This document shows, in pieces, positions 1 through 8,411 of a stretch of DNA of 37,893 bases; within the stretch, counting starts at the first letter, position 1; each line of letters opens with the position of its first letter. The notes under the pieces were generated by a model. It saw only the letters and a program-made list of their open reading frames with translations, searched no databases and had not been told where the DNA came from. The stretch comes from Candidatus Kapaibacterium sp. GTDB taxonomy: Bacteria > Bacteroidota > Ignavibacteria > Kapaibacteriales > NICIL-2. The stretch lies in assembly GCA_016788605.1 (NCBI GenBank), contig JAEUSO010000002.1:1-37893 (forward strand). The letters are read 5' to 3'. Position numbers and translations under genes: made by a program.

Positions 1-317
1 GCAATCGTGCGGATTGCTTTCTCCTTCATTTCGTCGCGTTCGGTTTCCGCCGCATTCAGTTTTGCGCGGAGTTCTTCCACTTCCTTGGCAAGCAGGCGTG
101 CTTCCTCGGCGGCATCGCTTATAGAGTCAGTTGCTACGTGCTGTTGCGGCGTATCACCCTCGGCGTGAAGATGCACGTCGTTGATGTCGGTGTTTGTGGT
201 GGCGGCAACCGTCGGGTCGTCGCCGTCGGTTGTTTTTTCATCGGGACGGATGTACGAATTATACACGTCTTTGAGTTTGGTAGCCGCCGAGCGAAACGGC
301 TTTTGTTGGTCTTCCAT
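1..317 (-). CDS. Partial CDS (N-terminal 105 codons), possibly nucleotide exchange factor GrpE
   Basis: Open on the minus strand from the window edge to ATG at 317-315. My translation is MEDQQKPF...DAAEEARLLAKEVEELRAKLNAAETERDEMKEKAIRTIA. An acidic N-terminus is followed by a coiled coil ending in the K..IRT.A pattern that normally precedes the GrpE (E/D)F(E/D)N.RKR motif. That motif lies outside the window. Confidence 0.4.
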   Translation of the reverse strand, partial: MEDQQKPFRSAATKLKDVYNSYIRPDEKTTDGDDPTVAATTNTDINDVHLHAEGDTPQQHVATDSISDAAEEARLLAKEVEELRAKLNAAETERDEMKEKAIRTI

Positions 318-532
318 ATTGATACGGGTGTTAATCAGGTTATACAACGTGATTGATGAGGGAATCATCAGCACGAAGCGGCAAAATTACAAGGAAATAG
401 CCGCCTGCTGCATTCAGTTGCGATACGATGCACAACCTTCGCGTTTATTGTAGAAGGATATAGGGGAGAGTGGTGAGAGTGATGATGAGCCAGGTGGAGT
501 GAACGGAAATCTATATCTCAAGAAACAAACCA

Positions 533-2308
533 CTACCGCACTACAACAAACGGGATGTCCTTTACAAGAGAGCCGGCGCGGACACGGAGAACATATCCCG
601 CACTCGGATACCCGCGCAAATCAACATAGTGGCGCTGAATAGCATTGGCATTCATATTCTCGCCGGATACTACATGCTGCCCTAACGTATTATAGACGGA
701 GTACGTATAACCCGATACATCTGATGGATTGTATATCCAGATGCCTGCATCATTCTTCTCTGTACCGATATGCCAATCGTTATTATCCGCCGAGAGTACA
801 GGCGGTGTGGCGTTCCATCGCAAGGCAAAAACATTTACCGTGGCAGATCCATCAAAAATTGGATTTCTTATGGGACTTATTGCCAAGGTATCGTACTTCC
901 CACGGGATACGTCAGCCACGAGTATCATTGAGTCGGTATATGGCAATATGTGCATATAATTCCGTTCGCCGCTGCCATCCTCGACGCGGTATCTTTTACT
1001 AAACTCGCGGTAGAAAAGCAACTCGTCCTGATAGTTATACCGGCTTACGATTGTCCGTAACTTTCCATCCGGGTAGGGTTCTCCAATCCATGTGTCACGA
1101 GGGGTGGAAAACCGGGCATATCCGCCCAAGCAATATCCGCCGTGGTCTGTTGCCACAACTGATTGGTAACTGTGTATGTCGGGATGTGGGAATGTCTTCA
1201 GTGTCATGCACGTATGGTCGGGGCGAAGGCGGAGAAAGAATGAATTTGTCATAGAGCATCCCTCTGCCCTTGGGGATGTTACCGATAGACCGCTTGATGA
1301 CAGCGTACCCCTGTAACGCCCGGTAATAAGTGTGTTACCGTAACTGTCTATTGCCAAGCCACCAGCCACCATCAAATCAGTTGACGTAGCAATATCCCCG
1401 GCATACAGTTGGTTGCCGTCGGTATCCCATTCATGGTATCCTAACCGCCACGTTTTGTATTCGCAGCTACTTATAGTGCTGTATGTGCCTGCGCTGATTA
1501 TCAGTGATACCGTGTTGTTTATCCTGTTGTATGCCAATCCCGTCAGCTCCCCGTAATCATCGCTCCACATATTGAATGATTTAATCCATTGCGTAGAAAG
1601 GGTACTATCAATTTTTGCAAGGAAATATGATGGCGACAATGGGGATCGAATAGGAATACCGTCCCAATTCATTGAGAACCGGTAGTATTTGCCTATTGCA
1701 TAGATTGCACCAGCGGAATCAACACTAACTTGTTCAAAGTCAAGTTGACGGGTATCGGTAAATTGTTTGAACCGGGTAAGTTTTCCACTCGGCGAAAAAC
1801 TGATGCCTGCCACACCGTCGAAGTCATCGGTTTTCAATGTGTCGTTGCCAATCGAAGCCCACCTCGAAAAGTAGGTGAAGACATTGACCGTACCATTCGG
1901 CAGTATGGCAAGCTTAGAGAACGGTCGGTAATAGTTTAAAGTAGAGGGCGAGAAATTCACTGTTTGCAGCCAAAGCAATTTTGCTTCAGGCGATAGGCAT
2001 ACGATCTGAAGTTTTGTGCCGAATGTCGGGTTTATCGGCGGTGTGGGGAAAGCCACATCATTCTTGAGGAATGAGAGCCAGTCCATGTCTTTTGAAGTGA
2101 TAAAACTGACGACGATACTTCCGTCATTGCGTTTCTTCATATCGTGGATGGGCATCCGGTCGCTTTCATATCCGCCTGCTTGCTGAATTGCTTCATACCA
2201 CTGCATGTCAGTTGATTGTGCGCGAAGCACGGGTGTGGATAGGACAAGCAGCAGGAATAACCAATAATGCGCCGACCACAAATGACGTTGCGTTCTTTGG
2301 GATTTCAT
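533..2308 (-). CDS. Secreted repeat (beta-propeller-like) protein with T9SS C-terminal sorting domain
   Basis: 591-aa ORF. The signal peptide is MKSQRTQRHLWSAHYWLFLLLVLSTPVLRAQ. The C-terminal ~70 aa (IWIYNPSD..YSVYNTLGQHVV..GYVLRVRAG..FVVVR) fit the type-A T9SS CTD pattern. The start abuts the stop of the upstream gene (2308/2310). Confidence 0.85.
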   Translation of the reverse strand: MKSQRTQRHLWSAHYWLFLLLVLSTPVLRAQSTDMQWYEAIQQAGGYESDRMPIHDMKKRNDGSIVVSFITSKDMDWLSFLKNDVAFPTPPINPTFGTKLQIVCLSPEAKLLWLQTVNFSPSTLNYYRPFSKLAILPNGTVNVFTYFSRWASIGNDTLKTDDFDGVAGISFSPSGKLTRFKQFTDTRQLDFEQVSVDSAGAIYAIGKYYRFSMNWDGIPIRSPLSPSYFLAKIDSTLSTQWIKSFNMWSDDYGELTGLAYNRINNTVSLIISAGTYSTISSCEYKTWRLGYHEWDTDGNQLYAGDIATSTDLMVAGGLAIDSYGNTLITGRYRGTLSSSGLSVTSPRAEGCSMTNSFFLRLRPDHTCMTLKTFPHPDIHSYQSVVATDHGGYCLGGYARFSTPRDTWIGEPYPDGKLRTIVSRYNYQDELLFYREFSKRYRVEDGSGERNYMHILPYTDSMILVADVSRGKYDTLAISPIRNPIFDGSATVNVFALRWNATPPVLSADNNDWHIGTEKNDAGIWIYNPSDVSGYTYSVYNTLGQHVVSGENMNANAIQRHYVDLRGYPSAGYVLRVRAGSLVKDIPFVVVR

Positions 2309-2309
2309 A

Positions 2310-4013
2310 CTAATAGTTGTAAAAGGGTATGGTACTATAGTTACCTGTTGTGAACCTTACGGTAGCATAGTATATGCCCTGCGGTATGCCCGTTTTGTAT
2401 TGTATCGATGATGTCTGTCCTCCCGTTTGCACTATGCCAACGTCTGCTTGTCTTCCAAGCAGGTCATACACCTGAACGCTTTCAATCGGTTGTGTTATAC
2501 TTTCCAATGAAAGAATGCCATTCCTCGAATTGACGCGGACATCTGTTGCGCCGCCCGACGGCGAAGTCCCGCCCCGAAGCTGCAATGCAGTATTATAGCG
2601 GTAAAGGGAGTAATCATACTTTCCGTCAAATCCAAAGAAATACAGTTGGTTGTTATCGCATATCATAAAGTTTGTCGTCGTCCATCCTGCACCGTCGTGC
2701 ATATCTTCCACAAGCCGCGTACCCTGTGCCGTGCCGTCTGTTTCGTAGAGTTCTTTCCCATGAACGCCATCATCGGCAAACATATACACGCGGTTATTAC
2801 AACTGCACGGAGGTGTATCAAAGGCAAACATGGATGACTGGGTTATGTATGGGTTGATGTCCTTCAGCATTTCGATATTGTTGGTCTTGATATTCCAGAC
2901 CCACAATTCGCATCCATGCAAGGGGTCTTGATTCCTGAAGACGATGAGAGAGTCGCGCAATATCCTAAAGGAGTTCTGTACTTGAGCATCGGATTGGTTT
3001 TCTAAGATTGTATCGTTTTGTCCGGTTGAAAGAGTAATCCGGTGAAAAAGCAAGTCCCATGAGCTATAATTATACCGTATGGAGCTGCCGTAGCCGTAGC
3101 CGTTGGCAATATGATGTATTTTAATCTCTCCGAGTGGTAAGGGGATGAGCGATGTTCCCGCTTTTGTTCCGTCGGTCATCCATGAATACAGGGGTTTGCG
3201 TTCACCCCAAACATATTGAGTTGAACTAAGTATTGCACGAACGCCATCGGTGTAGGTGTATTGCGAAATGAGCGTAGATGTCGAAGCCCGCATGGTGTCA
3301 AGATACACACCGTCTTTCGAGAAAAAGTAGAGCGTTGAATCGGTTGCCATAACCGTACCTGATGCCAGCGGTTGTATAAGTAGTGCGGGTAGTGAGCTAT
3401 AGGGCTGTTTTATAGGACCGAACACATACGCAGTATCAATTTGCCTGCTTTGCTTATTGATTCGGGAATACACATACGGTTCGGTGATATTATCGCCGGT
3501 TGCACGAAACACAACATGAACAAAATCCTGCGATAACCATAACCGTTCCACCCGAACACCTTGTGGAATTGCTCTGTTACCCCATATATACGTCCCTGTC
3601 ACTAAGGGATGCACACGGTACGTGCCGCGCTCGGTTCCGTCGGTTGCCCACACGCTATGCCGACCATAAGAACTATCGCCCGTAAAATATAAGATGCTGC
3701 TTGTGCTGTCATAAGCGTGGCGTTTGCCGTACTCTTCAACAGTGGAGTTTAAGCGGACTACACCGCTTTGTGTTTGGATAAGCGGAAATGTTCCTTGGGT
3801 TGTTCCATCAGTAATATAGATGCCACCCGGAAGACCTGCCAGTTCGTGTGTAAATAATGTAAAGCGCGGCGTTGGTATAATCTGATAATCCCGGTAGCCG
3901 GAACCGTCGGATGAATCCACCCAGTAAATGTGTTGAATCTGACTAAATGCTGATTGTATGGAACACATACATAAAACTGCCAAAGCACACCGGATAACGA
4001 ATGAATGGAGCAT
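2310..4013 (-). CDS. ELWxxDGT-repeat secreted protein with T9SS C-terminal sorting domain
   Basis: Repeats include HGCELWVWN, GKELYETDGTAQGTRLV, VWATDGTERGT, SWMTDGTKAGT and YITDGTTQGT. The CTD is VQVYDLLGRQ...GIYYATVRF. I place the start at internal ATG 4013-4011 (MLHSFVIRCALAVLCMCSIQSAFSQ, a signal peptide) rather than ORF-track 4103. Confidence 0.85.
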   Translation of the reverse strand: MLHSFVIRCALAVLCMCSIQSAFSQIQHIYWVDSSDGSGYRDYQIIPTPRFTLFTHELAGLPGGIYITDGTTQGTFPLIQTQSGVVRLNSTVEEYGKRHAYDSTSSILYFTGDSSYGRHSVWATDGTERGTYRVHPLVTGTYIWGNRAIPQGVRVERLWLSQDFVHVVFRATGDNITEPYVYSRINKQSRQIDTAYVFGPIKQPYSSLPALLIQPLASGTVMATDSTLYFFSKDGVYLDTMRASTSTLISQYTYTDGVRAILSSTQYVWGERKPLYSWMTDGTKAGTSLIPLPLGEIKIHHIANGYGYGSSIRYNYSSWDLLFHRITLSTGQNDTILENQSDAQVQNSFRILRDSLIVFRNQDPLHGCELWVWNIKTNNIEMLKDINPYITQSSMFAFDTPPCSCNNRVYMFADDGVHGKELYETDGTAQGTRLVEDMHDGAGWTTTNFMICDNNQLYFFGFDGKYDYSLYRYNTALQLRGGTSPSGGATDVRVNSRNGILSLESITQPIESVQVYDLLGRQADVGIVQTGGQTSSIQYKTGIPQGIYYATVRFTTGNYSTIPFYNY

Positions 4014-4152
4014 CGGGAGAGGAGTTTGAAATCTATAACATCTGGTTGAAGGCAAAAATACAGCACGATGAACATCTGTGAGGTAAGAGTGTCGGTTATA
4101 CACGTTGCGTCATAACTCATGTTAACGACTGGTGTTTATCTGATTCTTTCTG

Positions 4153-5481
4153 CTACTCCGCAAGCAGTTTCTCCAACGTGTCGCGCCATTGCTTCTCAAC
4201 TCCGTAACCCTTGGTGTAACCGAAGAGATAATAGCGCAGCCGTCCGTTGCGGTCGAGAATTGCAAAACTTGGCGCACCCGCCTTGAACTCATCAGCTATG
4301 GGTTGGGTATTCATGAACACCGGCATACTGATCGGACTGCGCTGAAGGTATTTCCCGACCTGCGATGCTGACGTATCAACCACATTCAGCCCGCGAAACG
4401 CCACTCCCTTTGCTTGAAACTCCTCGGCAAGTTTTTGGACTTCAGGTTGAGCCAATTCTGAATAACGACAGCCGATACGCCAGAAGAACAGAAATGTTGC
4501 CTTTGCTTGCGGCGAATACAACGGGTGTGTCGAGCCGTCGAGTGCAGTAATCTCACGCTGGCTGAAGACAGTGTCAATCGGTACTGGTGGCGGAGGGGGT
4601 GTAAGCGATTGCTTCGGTGCTTTCTGTTGTGTGCGTGTAAAGCTGCGGTATTCATCGCGTCCGAAGGGAAACGTGAAAAGGTTCTTCGCAATCGGGATGT
4701 TGAGCGAAGCGTTGTTGCATGAAAACGTAAAGCGTTGCATAGAGCCGCCTGTTGAGCGAACTTTACTCTCGATTGTATAGCCAATCAGCATCCCGTCTGC
4801 TTCGCGGATTCTGTAGGTTGTGTAGCTGGTGTCGAAGTCGCCATCGGGTAGTTCAACGAGTGTGATGTCCCATACGCGGTTGCTTTGCGTAGAGCCGGCG
4901 GTTGAGCGGACAGTTCTCCCGGTTGTAGAGCCAATCAGCATCCCGTCTGCTTCGCGGATCCGGTATGTTGTGTAGGTTGTGTCGAAGTCGCCGATGGGTG
5001 TTGGCTTCATCCTGATTGCAAACGATGTCGTCTGTGCATCGAGGAGCGTTTCCTCAAGGTCGAAGAATACATCACGTACCCATGTGCCGAGATCGCCTTC
5101 TCCTATTCTCTCAATGTCGGCGTGTTTTGTGAATTCTGTTACTGTTTTCGTCTTCTTACTCACCACGCTTAGTTTTCCGTTTGCCATCACGAATGATTCT
5201 TTGGTTGAGTCATGATAGAAGTACGCAAACGAAATGCGCTGCTGTTTGGTCTTGCCGCGCTGCGCGAAAAGTGTAAGTTGTTGGGTAACAGCCGGACCGG
5301 CTGCCGGTTGCATGGTATATGTAACGTCCGTGAGGAGCGATGCCAAGCCCTTGTGAGTTTGTGCGGCTTTACGCAGCAGCAGTAGCGCGTCGGGTGAAGT
5401 ATTGCCGTGGTTGCGGTTCTGCGCCACGGCATTGCACACAACCGATGCGAAGAGGAGAACGAGGATGATGTATGCAGACAT
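4153..5481 (-). CDS. Secreted protein with C-terminal TlpA-like thioredoxin-fold domain (monothiol CxxS) and an N-terminal domain of unknown function
   Basis: The signal peptide is MSAYIILVLLFASVVCNAVAQ. A PPPPPVP linker precedes the C-terminal domain. The C-terminal FLFFWRIGCRYSELAQPEVQKLAEEF...GAPSFAILDRNGRL matches the TlpA/AhpC-TSA layout, but CRYS replaces CxxC (codons at 4459-4470). Confidence 0.8.
   Translation of the reverse strand: MSAYIILVLLFASVVCNAVAQNRNHGNTSPDALLLLRKAAQTHKGLASLLTDVTYTMQPAAGPAVTQQLTLFAQRGKTKQQRISFAYFYHDSTKESFVMANGKLSVVSKKTKTVTEFTKHADIERIGEGDLGTWVRDVFFDLEETLLDAQTTSFAIRMKPTPIGDFDTTYTTYRIREADGMLIGSTTGRTVRSTAGSTQSNRVWDITLVELPDGDFDTSYTTYRIREADGMLIGYTIESKVRSTGGSMQRFTFSCNNASLNIPIAKNLFTFPFGRDEYRSFTRTQQKAPKQSLTPPPPPVPIDTVFSQREITALDGSTHPLYSPQAKATFLFFWRIGCRYSELAQPEVQKLAEEFQAKGVAFRGLNVVDTSASQVGKYLQRSPISMPVFMNTQPIADEFKAGAPSFAILDRNGRLRYYLFGYTKGYGVEKQWRDTLEKLLAE
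4741..4998. repeat. In-frame tandem duplication (two 108-bp copies, period 150 bp) inside the CDS 4153..5481
   Basis: Copies lie at 4741-4848 and 4891-4998. An identical 30-mer gccaatcagcatcccgtctgcttcgcggat occurs at 4780-4809 and 4930-4959. The copies encode GDFDT(T/S)YTTYRIREADGMLIG... twice. Confidence 0.9.
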
Positions 5482-5861
5482 TCTTAATGCGAGGTATGAT
5501 GCCGGATAAAGTTGGTTACATCTATGTCAGTTTTTCAGAGTGAACTCATGAAAAATAAGATTTCTTACAATACTACAGTGACAATAGCTTTAATCTAATT
5601 GATGATGAGAAGATAGCAGAGCAGATGATGACTCTGCAAACCTGATGCACATGAGCAGTATTCCTATTCGTTTGCACCATACCCGACCCTTCTTTACACA
5701 CACGTAACAATCGGTAACACAATGATAATATGCACACCATACTCCGGTTGCAGTGCTTCGGTAGTTTCGTTGCCATGGACGCAAGTATATTCGATGAAAG
5801 CAAGTGCTTCATCCGCGAACAAGGAACGAAAGGTTTTGTTGTATTATTATTATTCAGTGTT

Positions 5862-7727
5862 ATGAAACAATTGATTCTCCGTCTGGCATTTCTGGGAACA
5901 GGAATCGCCGCTATTTCATCCGCCGCTGTCGCACAGGCAACATTCCCGCCGGTTGACACATCATTCAATGTCCGCACTGTTGTTGTGCCGCCATCACCGG
6001 TAACAATGAGACCGATATTTGTGGGCGGCAAAGACACAGTGGTAGCTGCAAACGGTCAGCGAACGCTTGCCAAACAATGGCACGACTTCATCGGATATAC
6101 GCCCATTAATCCGCAAGCCCCGAACGACTCGGCATGGATTACCATCAACCACGAAATGAAGCTCCGTGATGATATTCTTGGTGATGGCGGCGGGATGACG
6201 GTCTTCAAAGTGAAGCGTCAGGCAAACGGTAATTATGTAGTGGACGGTGCTTTCCGCAACGTTGATTTTTCAGCGGTGGGCAATACAGTTGCTAACTGCG
6301 GTGGTATCAGCACACGCGACGGTCGTATTTGGACGGCTGAGGAATGGCAGCAAGCATCAAATGCAGACCTGAATACAGGGTTGTATCCGCTCGAGGGCAC
6401 AGATACTGTGCTTGTTTCATCAGGTGCGGGTATTGGTTTTGGTGCACGGGCGGGTCTTGGTATCCGCGATACATCCGATTGGTCAATCCCGCAGGGTGCT
6501 GCTTTTGCCGGTCGTAGCATAAAGAAGTTTCAAAATTTCAATTGGTTGGTCGAGATTGATCCCGCACAAGCAAAAGCAGTACGGAAAATGTATAACTGGG
6601 GTCGCTTCGAGCATGAAGGCGGTGTTGTCATGCCCGATAACCGCACGGTGTATCTGACCGATGATTTCCAACCATCTGTATTCTTCAAATTTGTTGCGGA
6701 ATCAGCCGGTAATTTCAACAGCGGCACACTCTATGCCTATAAGCAATCGGCTGACGGGCAAAGCGGTTCGTGGGTGGCGATTGAACAGGATATTGACTCC
6801 CTTGTGCAAGCCCGCAATGTGGCGCTTCGCAAAGGTGCCACTATGTTCACCCGTTTCGAGTGGATTGAGGAAGTGAATGGTAAAGTGTATATCACAGAAA
6901 CCGGTCGTGATAATTCGGGCAATGTTTTCAAGGATGGCATCCGTATGGGTGCAACGCTCGCAAAACACCTTATGGACAGGGATGTGTACACGGGACCGTT
7001 TCCCGATTCAACAACATCACGCCGTGATACTGTGATTCAGGATTACTATGGTCGTGTGCTTGTGCTTGACCCTGCAACCGACAAAATAAGCGTATATCTT
7101 GAAGGCGGGAAGGCATCCAATTATTCTGAAAATAAAATTCACCTCTCGAATCCCGACGGTCTGGTTCACTGGCGTATAAAAGGAAAAGATTTTCTCGTTA
7201 TACAAGAGGATTTGAATGGACGTAGTAAAGGGCGTGTTGGTAATCCCGATGTGGACGGCACCGGCAATAACATCTGTGAACTCTATGTTATTGATATGAG
7301 TATTCCGAACCCGACGCTGAACGATTTGCGCCGCCTGATGATTGTATCCAATGGCGCAGAAGTTACCGGCGCGCGCCCAACGCCCGATGGCACTGCAATG
7401 TTTGTTAATGCACAGCACCCCTCACGGCGTAATACCGGTGATTATGCTAACTCCTGCACGATGCTCCTTACGGGTCTCGACCAAATTGTTACCAGTGTCT
7501 ATGATGAGCCGGTGTTCGACGGCAGTGGCAGTTTTCAAGTATTTCCCAATCCTGCATCGCGCGTGTTACATTTCAATAAGGCGAGCGATGTTGCCATCTA
7601 CACTATGGCTGGTGTGCGTGTTCGTGTGGCACGGAATACAACAACGCTTGATATTGCTGATTTGAGCCCGGGTGTGTACTTCGTTCAAAACATTGAAGGA
7701 AATGTGCAGAAGTTGATTATCGAATAG
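5862..7727 (+). CDS. PhoX/DUF839-like secreted phosphatase-family protein with T9SS C-terminal sorting domain
   Basis: Start chosen at ATG 5862 (MKQLILRLAFLGTGIAAISSAAVAQA, a signal peptide). Motifs PDNRTVYLTDD, FEWIEEVNGKVYITETGRD, LVIQEDLNG and EVTGARPTPDGTAMFVNAQHP are typical of the DUF839/PhoX beta-propeller. The CTD is FQVFPNPASRVLHF...GVYFVQ. Confidence 0.8.
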   Translation: MKQLILRLAFLGTGIAAISSAAVAQATFPPVDTSFNVRTVVVPPSPVTMRPIFVGGKDTVVAANGQRTLAKQWHDFIGYTPINPQAPNDSAWITINHEMKLRDDILGDGGGMTVFKVKRQANGNYVVDGAFRNVDFSAVGNTVANCGGISTRDGRIWTAEEWQQASNADLNTGLYPLEGTDTVLVSSGAGIGFGARAGLGIRDTSDWSIPQGAAFAGRSIKKFQNFNWLVEIDPAQAKAVRKMYNWGRFEHEGGVVMPDNRTVYLTDDFQPSVFFKFVAESAGNFNSGTLYAYKQSADGQSGSWVAIEQDIDSLVQARNVALRKGATMFTRFEWIEEVNGKVYITETGRDNSGNVFKDGIRMGATLAKHLMDRDVYTGPFPDSTTSRRDTVIQDYYGRVLVLDPATDKISVYLEGGKASNYSENKIHLSNPDGLVHWRIKGKDFLVIQEDLNGRSKGRVGNPDVDGTGNNICELYVIDMSIPNPTLNDLRRLMIVSNGAEVTGARPTPDGTAMFVNAQHPSRRNTGDYANSCTMLLTGLDQIVTSVYDEPVFDGSGSFQVFPNPASRVLHFNKASDVAIYTMAGVRVRVARNTTTLDIADLSPGVYFVQNIEGNVQKLIIE

Positions 7728-7752
7728 TACCTACTTCATTCGGGTATCGTAG

Positions 7753-7787
7753 CCCTGTCTTGCCCGTGAGGGCAAGACAGGGTTTTG
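7753..7787 (+). terminator. Rho-independent terminator after the PhoX-like gene
   Basis: Perfect 13-bp stem ccctgtcttgccc / gggcaagacaggg (7753-7765, 7770-7782) with loop gtga, followed by TTTT. Confidence 0.75.
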
Positions 7788-7823
7788 TATATAACAGAGC
7801 GTGTGAAAAAAGTTAGTACATCC

Positions 7824-8261
7824 TTATCGTCCGTACACAGTTATACTATCACCGCTCAACACAGCACGATATTGTATCAGGTTATCGGATGCAGGACCTT
7901 GAATCACCACACCATCCGGCAAATAGCGCGCACCGTGACGCGGGCAACGTATCATACTCAACGCGCTGTCCCATATCAGTTCCTGACCTTCGTGTGTGCA
8001 GAATGCCGAGCGCGCAATGACACGTACATCGGAATAGCGGATAATGAGGATATTGCGAATAACCATGTATCCCCCTGCCACACGTAATGCGGAATATGCG
8101 GGCTGCGAAAGATCAATGCTCATAAGCAGGGTGTCGGTATCCGACGGTGTTGTGGCAATTGGCGATGTCCGGCACGACGGCAGAACTGAAGCAGTGCAGA
8201 GTCCGGCGACGGAAAGCGCACAAAGGGAGATAAACTCTTGACGGCTTTGAGGCGTGTTCAT
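7824..8261 (-). CDS. Small exported Rieske [2Fe-2S] domain protein
   Basis: The Rieske ligands are CTHEG-x15-CPRHG. The N-terminus MNTPQSRQEFISLCALSVAGLCTASVLPSC looks like a degenerate Tat/lipoprotein signal (RQ instead of RR). Confidence 0.85.
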   Translation of the reverse strand: MNTPQSRQEFISLCALSVAGLCTASVLPSCRTSPIATTPSDTDTLLMSIDLSQPAYSALRVAGGYMVIRNILIIRYSDVRVIARSAFCTHEGQELIWDSALSMIRCPRHGARYLPDGVVIQGPASDNLIQYRAVLSGDSITVYGR

Positions 8262-8411
8262 AGTACCTGTTGTATAAGGATTTCAGATTCCAGTTTGAAA
8301 TCGAACATACACGGCTGCATGTTATCCTTTTGTTATATCAACACTCCGCATGTATATGATTTTGTAAAACCGCACCTGCAAAACAAGAGAATCATCCAAC
8401 ACAAACGAACT

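Noticed and set aside
2310-4103. N-terminal extensions given by the ORF track. They apply to 2310..4103, 5730..7727, 8238..10319, 10479..11255, 11353..12522, 12460..13734, 13777..14502, 16316..17608, 18372..20084, 25741..26184, 27625..28620 and 34068..34922.
   Set aside because: In each case an internal ATG immediately precedes a signal peptide or the conserved family N-terminus. The upstream extension overlaps a neighbouring gene or promoter, or has non-protein-like composition.
5573-6037. 154-aa minus-strand ORF in the divergent region upstream of the PhoX-like gene
   Set aside because: It overlaps the PhoX-like signal-peptide region, has no recognisable features, and has a composition typical of a non-coding frame.
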